Below the pieces are notes generated by a model. It made no database searches. It was not told the origin of the DNA and saw only the letters and a list, made by a program, of their open reading frames with translations. Both the position numbers and the translations under genes were made by a program. Positions 1 to 8,070 of a DNA stretch of 64,000 nucleotides are shown here, one piece after another (the stretch's first letter is position 1; every line of letters starts with the position of its first letter). The DNA comes from Eggerthellaceae bacterium (GTDB taxonomy: Bacteria; Bacillota; Clostridia; Oscillospirales; Acutalibacteraceae): NCBI GenBank assembly GCA_963616775.1, contig CAVELL010000033.1, forward strand, positions 1,645 to 65,644, in the 5' to 3' direction.

Positions 1-92
1 AGCTCAGGCTCTGACCAGTCGAAGAAATATTCCGCAACCATAAAGGCTTTCTGATATGCTCTGTAAAAAGCTTTTTTTGCCGTGTCTGCCAT
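1..92 (-). CDS. 5' end of a gene that runs off the window (MADTAKKAFYRAYQKAFMVAEYFFDWSEPEL...). Product cannot be assigned from 30 aa.
   Basis: ATG at 92 (cat at 90-92 on + strand). AGAGG RBS (complement of 100-104) lies 7 nt upstream. Frame stays open to the window edge. Absent from the ORF track because it is truncated. Confidence 0.4.
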   Translation of the reverse strand, partial: MADTAKKAFYRAYQKAFMVAEYFFDWSEPE

Positions 93-293
93 AAAAAAAC
101 CTCTTTTCATTTTAATAAGCTTATTTTACCAAAAGTAGCCATACTTTTACAAGGGGTAAACGCATATTTTTTAAAAAAATTCATAAAAGTAATTTAATGT
201 AACGATGAAATCCGATTAGCCGTTACCGTTTTTTTCATTTCGGTTTTTCATTTTTCATTTCAAGGAGTATAATCAATTTTTTCTAAAAAAGTA

Positions 294-322
294 TTGACAA
301 AAGTTTTTCATTGTGGTATAGT
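294..322 (+). promoter_or_regulatory. sigma-70-type promoter for the tRNA-Thr/tRNA-Tyr pair
   Basis: TTGACA (294-299), 17-nt spacer, TATAGT (317-322), preceded by TGG (extended -10). It sits about 17 nt upstream of the tRNA-Thr 5' end. Confidence 0.5.
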
Positions 323-338
323 ATACGAGCGTTGAGAC

Positions 339-414
339 GCTGGTGTAGCTCAGTTGGTAGAGCAGCTGATTTGTAATCAGCAGGTCGGGGGTTCGAGTCC
401 GTCCACCAGCTCCA
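339..414 (+). tRNA. tRNA-Thr (anticodon UGU)
   Basis: Hand-folded cloverleaf. Acceptor GCTGGTG/CACCAGC, D arm GCTC-AGTTGGTA-GAGC, anticodon arm GCTGA-TTTGTAA-TCAGC, T loop TTCGAGT, encoded CCA. There is one G-G mismatch in the T stem. Confidence 0.9.
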
Positions 415-445
415 CTATCTAAAACAACGCGGCACAACCGAATAT

Positions 446-530
446 GGGAGAGTTCCCGAGTGGCCAAAGGGAACAGACTGTAAATCTGTCGTCAGTGACT
501 TCGGTGGTTCGAATCCACCCTCTCCCACCA
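446..530 (+). tRNA. tRNA-Tyr (anticodon GUA), long variable arm
   Basis: Acceptor GGGAGAG/CTCTCCC, anticodon arm CAGAC-TGTAAAT-CTGTC, long variable arm, T arm GGTGG-TTCGAAT-CCACC, encoded CCA. Confidence 0.95.
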
Positions 531-533
531 AAA

Positions 534-577
534 AGGAATGCTTATTGTTTTGATTGATAAGCGTTCCTTTTATTTTT
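534..577 (+). terminator. intrinsic terminator after the tRNA pair
   Basis: Hairpin GGAATGCTTAT...ATAAGCGTTCC followed by TTTTATTTTT. Confidence 0.6.
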
Positions 578-730
578 GTCGGACAATTTGCAGTGACTTT
601 TCCAAAGTCTATGCTGTCACTATCCCCACTCCCGAACATACCGGTTAATTTCGTGAGGAAGGTATGTTGCACAGGATAGAACTTCTGCATAAATTCTACA
701 TAAATTCCCCCATTTGTGTAAATCTTTATG

Positions 731-759
731 TTGACTTTGATTTTTCGTCGGTGTATAAT
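731..759 (+). promoter_or_regulatory. candidate promoter of the metallophosphoesterase gene
   Basis: TTGACT (731-736), 17-nt spacer, TATAAT (754-759). Confidence 0.45.
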
Positions 760-796
760 GAATACACAAAAAATGTTTTTGGAGGTATTATTTATA

Positions 797-1981
797 ATGA
801 AAAAGGTAATCAGCATCCTTCTTTCGGTTGTTATGATCGTCCTTCTTGCTGTTCCGAGCTTCGCTGCGGTCAGCACTGATTCGGCGTTCAGCTTCAATTC
901 GGACGGAAAGTTCAAGATTATGATGATCAACGACACACAGGATGTTATCCTCAAGGATGTTCTTCAGGCAGGCTTCCTTAAAAAGATCGCCGCGCAGGAA
1001 AATCCGGATATCATCATTATGAACGGTGACCTTCTCACCGACTTTTTCCCGGGCGCAAACAAGGCTCAGCTCAAGAAGTGCCTTACCAATGCGCTTGACG
1101 AGATCAACTCAATCGGAGTTCCTTTCGTAGCCACATTCGGCAATCATGACCATGACTGGGAGGATATTTTCCCGCTTGAGGAGCAGATGGAGCTTTACAA
1201 GTCGTATTCCAACTGCGCTATTGTTAACAACGGCTGCGATGTTGGTACATACTATATCCCCGTTAAGTCTTCGGACGGCAAGAGCATTCCGCTCAACATC
1301 TATGTTATGGATTCCAATAATAAGGCTAAGGGTGAGGGCGTATTTACGGGCTATCAGGGACTCAAGCCGGAGCAGGTTCAGTGGTATAAGGATACCCGTG
1401 ACGGACTCAAGGAAGCTACCGGAAGCTATGTTCCCTCTCTTGTTTTTCAGCACGTTCCCGTTAAGGAAATTTATCAGTTCATTGACAAGGTTCCGTTCAA
1501 TGCGGATCATACAGACTGTGTTTACAGCCTTGATGAAAACCAGTGGTACAAGCTTAACGACAAGGCTACAAGCGGCACACTCGGTGAGGTTCCGTGCTCG
1601 GAGTCGGTAAACGGCAGCACAGGCGAATATGAAGCATGGCTCGAGCATAAGGAAATCATCGGAGCATTCTTCTCCCATGACCACGTAAACAATTTCATGG
1701 GTGTTACCGATGAGGGAATCACTCTCGGTTACAACGGCGGTTCAGGCTTCAGCACATACGGCAATGGCGGCAACCGTTCGGCAAGAATCTTTGAGATTGA
1801 CGAGAATGATGTTGCAAATTATAACACTTATCTTGTAACATATAACGATGTTTCGAATGTTAAAATCAGCTTCTATCCTTTGGATCTCTTCTCACCCGTT
1901 ATCGCAACATGGCTCGGCAAGCTTATCGACATCATCTGCCCTCAGTTCATTAAAAACATCATTGCCGACAAGCAGAAATAA
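797..1981 (+). CDS. secreted calcineurin-like metallophosphoesterase
   Basis: ATG at 797 with GGAGG at 781-785. The N-terminus MKKVISILLSVVMIVLLAVPSFA looks like a signal peptide. Motifs present: DTQD, GDL, GNHD, HVP and SHDH(V). The track ORF 728..1981 is trimmed to the RBS-supported start. Confidence 0.85.
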   Translation: MKKVISILLSVVMIVLLAVPSFAAVSTDSAFSFNSDGKFKIMMINDTQDVILKDVLQAGFLKKIAAQENPDIIIMNGDLLTDFFPGANKAQLKKCLTNALDEINSIGVPFVATFGNHDHDWEDIFPLEEQMELYKSYSNCAIVNNGCDVGTYYIPVKSSDGKSIPLNIYVMDSNNKAKGEGVFTGYQGLKPEQVQWYKDTRDGLKEATGSYVPSLVFQHVPVKEIYQFIDKVPFNADHTDCVYSLDENQWYKLNDKATSGTLGEVPCSESVNGSTGEYEAWLEHKEIIGAFFSHDHVNNFMGVTDEGITLGYNGGSGFSTYGNGGNRSARIFEIDENDVANYNTYLVTYNDVSNVKISFYPLDLFSPVIATWLGKLIDIICPQFIKNIIADKQK

Positions 1982-1995
1982 ACCAAAAATCATCA

Positions 1996-2025
1996 AACTC
2001 CTCGGGGAAACTCGGGGAGTTTTTG
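1996..2025 (+). terminator. intrinsic terminator
   Basis: ACTCCTCGGGG-AAA-CTCGGGGAGT hairpin followed by TTTTTG. Confidence 0.5.
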
Positions 2026-2054
2026 TTGACAGCTATCTATGTAGCTGATATAAT
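2026..2054 (+). promoter_or_regulatory. candidate promoter of the GH27 gene
   Basis: TTGACA (2026-2031), 17-nt spacer, TATAAT (2049-2054). Confidence 0.5.
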
Positions 2055-2087
2055 CTTTTTACCAAACAAAAAGGAGAGCTTGAAAAG

Positions 2088-3266
2088 ATGATAATCAACA
2101 GACCTCCCATGGGTTGGAACTCGTGGAACACATTTGCCGAGAACATAAATGAAAAGGTTGTTTTGGAAACCGCCGATTTCATTGTCGAGAGCGGACTCAA
2201 GGACTGCGGCTACGAATATGTGATCATTGACGATTGCTGGAGTCTTCGCGAGAGAAACGAGAACAACGAGATTGTTCCGGATCCCGAAAAATTCCCGCAC
2301 GGTATGAAATATGTCTCGGACTATGTTCATTCCAAAGGGCTTAAATTCGGTATGTATTCCTGCGCCGGAACAATGACCTGCGCTGCCTATCCGGGAAGCC
2401 TTGACCATGAATTTATCGACGCAAAATGCTTCGCCGATTGGGGCATTGATTACCTCAAATATGACTATTGCTATCACCCGTTCACGACCTACGGTCATAT
2501 GCTCTACAAGAGAATGGGGCTTGCCCTCGCCAACTGCGGCAGGGATATCGTTTTTGCCGCCTGCTCATGGGGAAGCGAAAACACAAAGACCTGGATCAAG
2601 GAAACAGGAGCGCACACATGGCGTTCCACAGGAGATATCTTCGATACCTGGGAGTCAATCAAGGAGCTTGCGCTTTCACAGTACAAGGTTGCCGAATACA
2701 ACGGCTGCGGCTGCTTCAACGATATGGATATGCTCGTTGTCGGAATGAAGGGCAAGGGTCATGTCGGACTCACGGGCTGCACGACCGAGGAATACAAAAC
2801 TCATTTTGCTTTTTGGGCAATGATGGGCTCGCCGCTTATCATCGGCTGCGACCTCAGAGAAGCCGACGATGAGGCTATGGCTATCCTCAAGAACAAGGAG
2901 CTTATACGAATCGACCAGGACGCGGCATACAGACAGCCCTATTTTGTCAACGGAAACAGAAACACAAACAACGAAAGAAAGGGCGATGAACCGATTTACA
3001 GCTGGTATCCCGACCATATGCCGGTTATAGTTCGGCACCTTGAAAACGGCGATATTGCAATCGGTTTCTTCAACCTCACCGATAACGAGCATTATGACAG
3101 CTTTACTCTGGACGCAGTTGGTCTCGGCTTCTGCACCGGCAAAACGCTTGAGCTCACGGACGTTTGGACAGGAGAGACTTCAAAGCCCGTTAATGATACC
3201 GTAGCCGTAAATCTTCCGGCTCACGGCTGCGCTGTTTACCGTGCAAAGGTCGTTGACCGCAAATGA
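2088..3266 (+). CDS. alpha-galactosidase, glycoside hydrolase family 27
   Basis: RBS AGGAGAG. Motifs PPMGWNSWN, IIDDCW and YLKYDYC are typical of GH27 melibiases. Confidence 0.9.
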   Translation: MIINRPPMGWNSWNTFAENINEKVVLETADFIVESGLKDCGYEYVIIDDCWSLRERNENNEIVPDPEKFPHGMKYVSDYVHSKGLKFGMYSCAGTMTCAAYPGSLDHEFIDAKCFADWGIDYLKYDYCYHPFTTYGHMLYKRMGLALANCGRDIVFAACSWGSENTKTWIKETGAHTWRSTGDIFDTWESIKELALSQYKVAEYNGCGCFNDMDMLVVGMKGKGHVGLTGCTTEEYKTHFAFWAMMGSPLIIGCDLREADDEAMAILKNKELIRIDQDAAYRQPYFVNGNRNTNNERKGDEPIYSWYPDHMPVIVRHLENGDIAIGFFNLTDNEHYDSFTLDAVGLGFCTGKTLELTDVWTGETSKPVNDTVAVNLPAHGCAVYRAKVVDRK

Positions 3267-3457
3267 GCACCTGCATAAAATGCGGAAAAGAGCTTACGGG
3301 AAACGACATCGGGCTTACGAAAAAGCTCATCAACCGCGGCTCTGTTAAATTTATGTGTATTGACTGCATTGCGGAAAAATTCAACTGCCCACGGGAGCTG
3401 CTTGAAGAGAAAATCGAACAGTTTAAGGCGGCAGGGTGCACACTGTTTGCACAGTAA
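3263..3457 (+). CDS. small zinc-ribbon-like protein (CxxC...CxxC), function unknown
   Basis: 64 aa. The start overlaps the GH27 stop as ATGA, which suggests translational coupling. Cysteine pairs are CIKCG and CIDC. Confidence 0.55.
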   Translation: MSTCIKCGKELTGNDIGLTKKLINRGSVKFMCIDCIAEKFNCPRELLEEKIEQFKAAGCTLFAQ

Positions 3458-3517
3458 CCGACCGAACAGCCGCCGCTTAAATCAAAACATATTGCGGATT
3501 TTGTCCTAAACAACAAC

Positions 3518-3558
3518 AGAGACTGTAAAAACGTGAAATTTTTACAGTCTCTGTTTTG
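3518..3558. terminator. bidirectional intrinsic terminator between convergent genes
   Basis: AGAGACTGTAAAA...TTTTACAGTCTCT hairpin followed by GTTTT. Confidence 0.6.
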
Positions 3559-3570
3559 CTGTCTTAACTG

Positions 3571-4239
3571 TTATTTATTCTTTTTGGGAAGTGTAACATA
3601 ATATGCCAGCTCCCAAAGTGCTATTCCGAGGAACACGATCAATGACAAAGTGACCGCATTGCCGAGCGAAAACGAATCTACGGAAATCGCGCCTTTCAGT
3701 ATCGACGTACCGATCGAGCCGAGCAGATTGTTGCTTTCGCCGATAAAAGCTTCGGCAAGCAACTCTCCGATATCGAGCGTACCGTTCGTGAACGGCACCG
3801 CAAACCTCGCAAAGCATCTGAGTGCCGCGAAGCAGCACACAAAACCGCCTGCGCCCAGTCCGATTATCGTTTTGCTTGCATTTGTAAACAGGGCACAGCC
3901 CATTATAACTATTGCGATAATAACGGCGACTGCAAGCAGTACACCTGCAGCAATTGCCCAGCCCTTGCCGACAAGCAGGTCTGAGGGAAGCTTTGAAATG
4001 TCAAACTTCATTCCGCCGATTGAGAAATTACCTCGGCTTACATAGCCGGCAATCTCCTTGAGCGAAAAAGCAAGCTCCATTGCGCTGTTTGCCGTATCCT
4101 CGGCAAGCTTAGAGAGTATCGTGTAAAGCGACGAGCTTTCGGAAATGGAGACAACGGCACGCACTGCGTTAAGAAAATACATTATCGGTAGAACCGAAAG
4201 TCCCAAAAGGAACACCACTATTCTGTTAAGTATTTTCAT
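3571..4239 (-). CDS. multi-pass membrane protein, unknown function
   Basis: RBS AAGGAG. Several hydrophobic segments. It begins 15 nt downstream of glnS on the same strand, so it is probably in the same operon. Confidence 0.6.
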   Translation of the reverse strand: MKILNRIVVFLLGLSVLPIMYFLNAVRAVVSISESSSLYTILSKLAEDTANSAMELAFSLKEIAGYVSRGNFSIGGMKFDISKLPSDLLVGKGWAIAAGVLLAVAVIIAIVIMGCALFTNASKTIIGLGAGGFVCCFAALRCFARFAVPFTNGTLDIGELLAEAFIGESNNLLGSIGTSILKGAISVDSFSLGNAVTLSLIVFLGIALWELAYYVTLPKKNK

Positions 4240-4254
4240 CTTTGACCAGCTCCT

Positions 4255-5907
4255 TTATTTACCCCACGAAGAGTTAAGGGCAACCGTGCGGTTGAACACA
4301 AGCTTTTCGTCCGTGCTGTCCTTATCAACGCAGAAATATCCGTTCCTCATAAACTGGAATGTGTCGCCGACCTCGGCGTTTTCGAATCCGCCCTCAAGCA
4401 GACAGTCGTCAATCACCTTGAGCGAATCGGGATTGAGGTCGTCAAAATAATCGCCGTTTTTGCCGGGCTCCTCTGCGCTGAACAGTCTGTCATAAAGGCG
4501 AACCTCGCTCTTCTTGCAGTCATCGGCATTGACCCAGTGAATCGTTCCCTTAACCTTTCTGCCGTCGGGCGAATTTCCGCCGCGGCTTTCGGGGTCGTAT
4601 GTGCAATGCAGACAGGTGATGTTTCCGTTTTCATCGGTGTCGTAGCTGTTGCACTTGACGAAATACGCGCTCTTGAAGCGAACCTCGTTGCCGGGGAAAA
4701 GTCTGAAATACTTTTTGACGGGCTCAGCCATAAAGTCGTCCTGCTCAACGTAGAGTTCACGGGAGAAGGTTACCTTCCTTGTGCCCATTTCCGGATGTTC
4801 GGGGTGAAGCTCAACATCAAACTCCTCGCTCTTGCCCTCGGGGTAGTTGTCGATTATAACCTTGAGCGGTCTGAGAACCGCCATTGCACGCGGAGCCTTT
4901 GCGTTCAGGTCGTCGCGGACGCAAGCCTCAAGCAAGCCGTAATCAACCATACTGTCCGCCTTGGAGACGCCGACTCTGTCGATGAAGTCCCTGACTGCGG
5001 CGGCACTGTAGCCGCGTCTTCTCATTCCGCAGAGGGTTATCATTCTCGGGTCGTCCCAACCGGCGACAATGCCCTTGTTCACCATTTCAAGAAGCTTTCT
5101 CTTGCTGGTGACGCAGTAGTTGATGTTAAGTCTCGCAAACTCAATCTGCCTCGGCGGCTCGTTGAAGCCGATTTGCTCAACAACCCAGTTGTAAAGCGGT
5201 CTGTGATTCTCAAACTCAAGCGAGCAGAGCGAGAACGTTACGCCCTCCTTTGCGTCGGAAAGCGGATGGGCAAAATCGTACATCGGATAAACGCACCATT
5301 TGTCGCCCGTCTGGTGGTGGGAAACATGGGAAATTCTGTAAATTACGGGATCACGCATATTCAGATTCGGCGACGACATATCAATCTTTGCGCGGAGAAC
5401 CTTCTCTCCGTTTGCAAACTCGCCGTCCGTCATACGTTTGAAGAGGTCGAGATTTTCCTCAACGCTTCTGCTGCGGTACGGGCTTTCCCTGCCCGGCTCG
5501 GTAAGTGTGCCTCTGTATTCTCTTATCTCGTCTGCGCTCAGGTCGTCAACATAAGCCTTGCCGTCCCTGATAAGCTTAACGGCGCACTCGTAAACAAAAT
5601 CAAAGTAATCCGAAGCGAAGAACACGTTTTCCCAACGGAAGCCGAGCCACTTTATATCCTCCTTGATTGCGTCGATGTATTCAACATCCTCGCGGGAGGG
5701 GTTCGTGTCGTCAAAGCGGAGATTACAGATTCCGTTATATTTTTCAGCCGTGCTGAAATCTATGCAGAGAGCCTTCGCGTGACCGATATGCAGATAGCCG
5801 TTCGGCTCGGGAGGAAACCTTGTCTGAACGCGGGATTTTACGCCGCTTGCAAGATCCTCGTCGATAAAATCATGAATGAAATTTGATGAAATCTTCTTTT
5901 CTTCCAT
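4255..5907 (-). CDS. glnS: glutamine--tRNA ligase
   Basis: [17 protein letters not shown] (HIGH motif) and overall class I GlnRS architecture. The GGAGG RBS lies in the 12-nt spacer after gltX. Confidence 0.95.
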   Translation of the reverse strand: MEEKKISSNFIHDFIDEDLASGVKSRVQTRFPPEPNGYLHIGHAKALCIDFSTAEKYNGICNLRFDDTNPSREDVEYIDAIKEDIKWLGFRWENVFFASDYFDFVYECAVKLIRDGKAYVDDLSADEIREYRGTLTEPGRESPYRSRSVEENLDLFKRMTDGEFANGEKVLRAKIDMSSPNLNMRDPVIYRISHVSHHQTGDKWCVYPMYDFAHPLSDAKEGVTFSLCSLEFENHRPLYNWVVEQIGFNEPPRQIEFARLNINYCVTSKRKLLEMVNKGIVAGWDDPRMITLCGMRRRGYSAAAVRDFIDRVGVSKADSMVDYGLLEACVRDDLNAKAPRAMAVLRPLKVIIDNYPEGKSEEFDVELHPEHPEMGTRKVTFSRELYVEQDDFMAEPVKKYFRLFPGNEVRFKSAYFVKCNSYDTDENGNITCLHCTYDPESRGGNSPDGRKVKGTIHWVNADDCKKSEVRLYDRLFSAEEPGKNGDYFDDLNPDSLKVIDDCLLEGGFENAEVGDTFQFMRNGYFCVDKDSTDEKLVFNRTVALNSSWGK

Positions 5908-5919
5908 AGTGTCCTCCGA

Positions 5920-7581
5920 TTATTTATAAGTCTTCAACGCATTCTCAAGTCTCGCCTTTACTCTGTCGTTACCCAGAAGAGCAATGATCGAATGGAGATC
6001 GGGAGTGTTGCGGCGCGAGGTTATCGCAATTCTGATAACGGTTGAAACATCTCCGACATGACCCCTGAACGAATCGGGGTTTTTCTTGTATTCCTTGACG
6101 TTCGGAGTGAAGCCGAGCGGTTCGCACATTTCCTTGATCTTCGCGAACCATGTGTCCTTATCGTCTCCGGCGTCAAATATTTCAATGTATTTTTCAAGTA
6201 TTGCGGCGGCATCAGCCGTGCCGATGTTTTCGGGAAGAGTATAGTCCGGCGCATAAAGCTCGTCATAGAAGTATGAAACATAATCCTTTACTTCGTCCCA
6301 CCTTGCTATGTCCTTACGCGGCTTTGCCGTTCCCCTGTCGATCGAGAAAATTCCCTTTGCAAAGGTTTCGTCACGGCTGAGAAGCTCATAAAGCTCGGCG
6401 TCGTTTTCCTTTGCCCACACCGATGCCTTGTCATAAACCTCGTCGGCAGTCATAACCGAAATGACATTTTTACTTACATCGTTGAGCTTGTTGAGGTCGA
6501 ACAGCGCACCGCTGGCACTCATTTTTTTAAGGTTGAAAGGGAACTCGCTCTGCGGTGCGGTTCTGTTGGCTCTGCGCCAGTCTTCGAAGTTTGAATTGGC
6601 TATCGTCAAAAGATATTCGATAACGCTCTCCTTAGGGTAGCCGCTCTCGGAATAGAAGGAAACTGACGCCTCCGGATCCTTACGCTTTGAGAGCTTGCGC
6701 TTTCCTCCGTTGTCCTCTTTCATAATCGGGGAAATGTGGGCATATTTCGGCACCCTGAAGCCGCACGCCTTGAAAAGCTGAATGTGAAGCGGCACGGAGG
6801 AAATCCATTCGTCGCCGCGGACAACGTGCGTTGTTCTCATAAAGTGATCGTCAACCGCATGTGCAAAATGATAAGTCGGGATTCCGTCCGTTTTGAGAAG
6901 AACAACGTCCTGTATATTTTCGGGCATCTCTATCTTGCCCTTTATCATATCGTCAAACCTGATTCTGTGATCAGCCTGTCCGGGCGAACGCAAACGAAGC
7001 GTATACGGACATCCTGCTTCGATTTTTTCTTTCTGCTGTTCAAGGGTCAGACTGCGGCACTTTGCCCACTCTCCGAAATAGCCCTGAATATCCGTTCCCG
7101 CCTTTTCCTGCTCGGCACGGATTTCGTTGAGCTCGTCCTCGGAGCAGAAGCACGGATAAGCCATACCCTGCTTGACAAGAGACTTAGCGATCGCTTGGTA
7201 AACATCCTTACGTTTACTCTGCTGATACGGACCGTAGGCTCCGCTCTCTGTTTCGAAGCCCATAACACCCTCGTCGGGAGTGACGCCGAACGCATCCAGA
7301 CCCTTGATAATTGCGGAAACGCCGTCTTCAATCTCTCTCTTCTTGTCGGTGTCCTCAATTCGCAGAAAGAAAACACCATCGTCGGTTGCGCGAGTGGTGA
7401 GCTTGGATATCATCGCGGCGAAAAGTCCGCCGAGGTGAAGAAATCCTGTCGGGCTGGGAGCAAATCGCGAAACTCTCGCACCCTCGGAAATTCCTCTTTC
7501 GGGATATATTTTTTCGTAGTCCTCCGGAGTTTTTGTTATATAGGGAAACAAAAGCTCCGCAAGTTTTTCGTTGTCTGTCAT
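5920..7581 (-). CDS. gltX: glutamate--tRNA ligase
   Basis: RFAPSPTGFLHLGG (HIGH-like) and KLSKRK (KMSKS-like) motifs. ATG at 7581 with an AAAGGGG RBS. The track ORF extends 12 codons further without RBS support. Confidence 0.95.
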   Translation of the reverse strand: MTDNEKLAELLFPYITKTPEDYEKIYPERGISEGARVSRFAPSPTGFLHLGGLFAAMISKLTTRATDDGVFFLRIEDTDKKREIEDGVSAIIKGLDAFGVTPDEGVMGFETESGAYGPYQQSKRKDVYQAIAKSLVKQGMAYPCFCSEDELNEIRAEQEKAGTDIQGYFGEWAKCRSLTLEQQKEKIEAGCPYTLRLRSPGQADHRIRFDDMIKGKIEMPENIQDVVLLKTDGIPTYHFAHAVDDHFMRTTHVVRGDEWISSVPLHIQLFKACGFRVPKYAHISPIMKEDNGGKRKLSKRKDPEASVSFYSESGYPKESVIEYLLTIANSNFEDWRRANRTAPQSEFPFNLKKMSASGALFDLNKLNDVSKNVISVMTADEVYDKASVWAKENDAELYELLSRDETFAKGIFSIDRGTAKPRKDIARWDEVKDYVSYFYDELYAPDYTLPENIGTADAAAILEKYIEIFDAGDDKDTWFAKIKEMCEPLGFTPNVKEYKKNPDSFRGHVGDVSTVIRIAITSRRNTPDLHSIIALLGNDRVKARLENALKTYK

Positions 7582-7622
7582 TGTAATTGCCCCTTTGAAT
7601 AATATACAAAAATACATTATAT

Positions 7623-7651
7623 ATTATCGCAGAAAAAGCCCTTAGTGTCAA
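7623..7651 (-). promoter_or_regulatory. candidate gltX-glnS promoter
   Basis: On the minus strand: TTGACA (7651-7646), 17-nt spacer, GATAAT (7628-7623). Confidence 0.5.
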
Positions 7652-7734
7652 GAGAACATTACCACGATATATAAAACACCTTCTGCTTAAAAAGTTCCCC
7701 ATGAAGTATATGCTTTAAGGTTCAAGCAAAACGT

Positions 7735-7762
7735 GCGCCTCAAGCTGCGCGGTATTGCCTTA
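7735..7762 (+). repeat. single copy of the GCGGTATTGCCTT repeat family (copy A)
   Basis: gcgcCTCAAGCTGCGCGGTATTGCCTTA matches the copies at 17321, 28153/28295 and 39212/39264. Confidence 0.6.
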
Positions 7763-7959
7763 AACTCCGAATCCGACAAACAGTTTCTTTATCTGTCCTT
7801 TTCTCGGGAGCACAATCGCCCAAAAAGTGCAGAAATCCTTTTTTATTACGATATATTTACAATTTATTCACACTTTCTCAACAATTATGCGATACGAATA
7901 TAATATTATATTGACGGAGATAATTATCTCTATTTTCATTTTTATTTTCTCTTTCCCTT

Positions 7960-8001
7960 GAACGGTTCGGTGCTGCACACACCGAGCCGTTCCCCCTTTT
8001 T
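7960..8001 (+). terminator. orphan plus-strand intrinsic-terminator-like hairpin
   Basis: GAACGGTTCGGTG-CTGCACA-CACCGAGCCGTTC followed by CCCCCTTTTT. No annotated plus-strand gene lies upstream. Confidence 0.35.
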
Positions 8002-8016
8002 ACGCACAGCCCGAAT

Positions 8017-8056
8017 GTGAAAAAGGCACCGATTGGTTAATGTCAATCGGTGCCTT
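8017..8056 (-). terminator. intrinsic terminator of the 8071..9279 gene
   Basis: On the minus strand: AAAGGCACCGATTG...CAATCGGTGCCTTT followed by TTTCACATT. Confidence 0.6.
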
Positions 8057-8070
8057 TGTGTTTAATCTGA

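Noticed and set aside
339-414. Possible pseudo-tRNA, because of a G-G mismatch in the T stem of tRNA-Thr
   Set aside because: The acceptor, D and anticodon arms are perfect. The T loop is canonical, CCA is encoded, and a consensus promoter and terminator flank the pair. A single T-stem mismatch is tolerable.
273-954. ORFs 273..467(-), 415..954(-) and 664..879(+)
   Set aside because: They overlap the two tRNA genes, their terminator, or the promoter and signal-peptide region of the metallophosphoesterase. They have no RBS or motifs.
4537-5886. 449-aa ORF on the plus strand
   Set aside because: It is entirely antisense to the unambiguous glnS gene. The sequence is low-complexity, has no RBS and no recognisable motif. 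It is a typical shadow ORF of a GC3-rich gene.
7735-7762. Possible T-box element upstream of gltX, because the minus strand reads GGCAATACCGCG
   Set aside because: It only superficially resembles the T-box core (…GGTGGTACCGCG). The same motif recurs downstream of unrelated genes (feoB, rplS), and I could not find a specifier-loop or antiterminator architecture.
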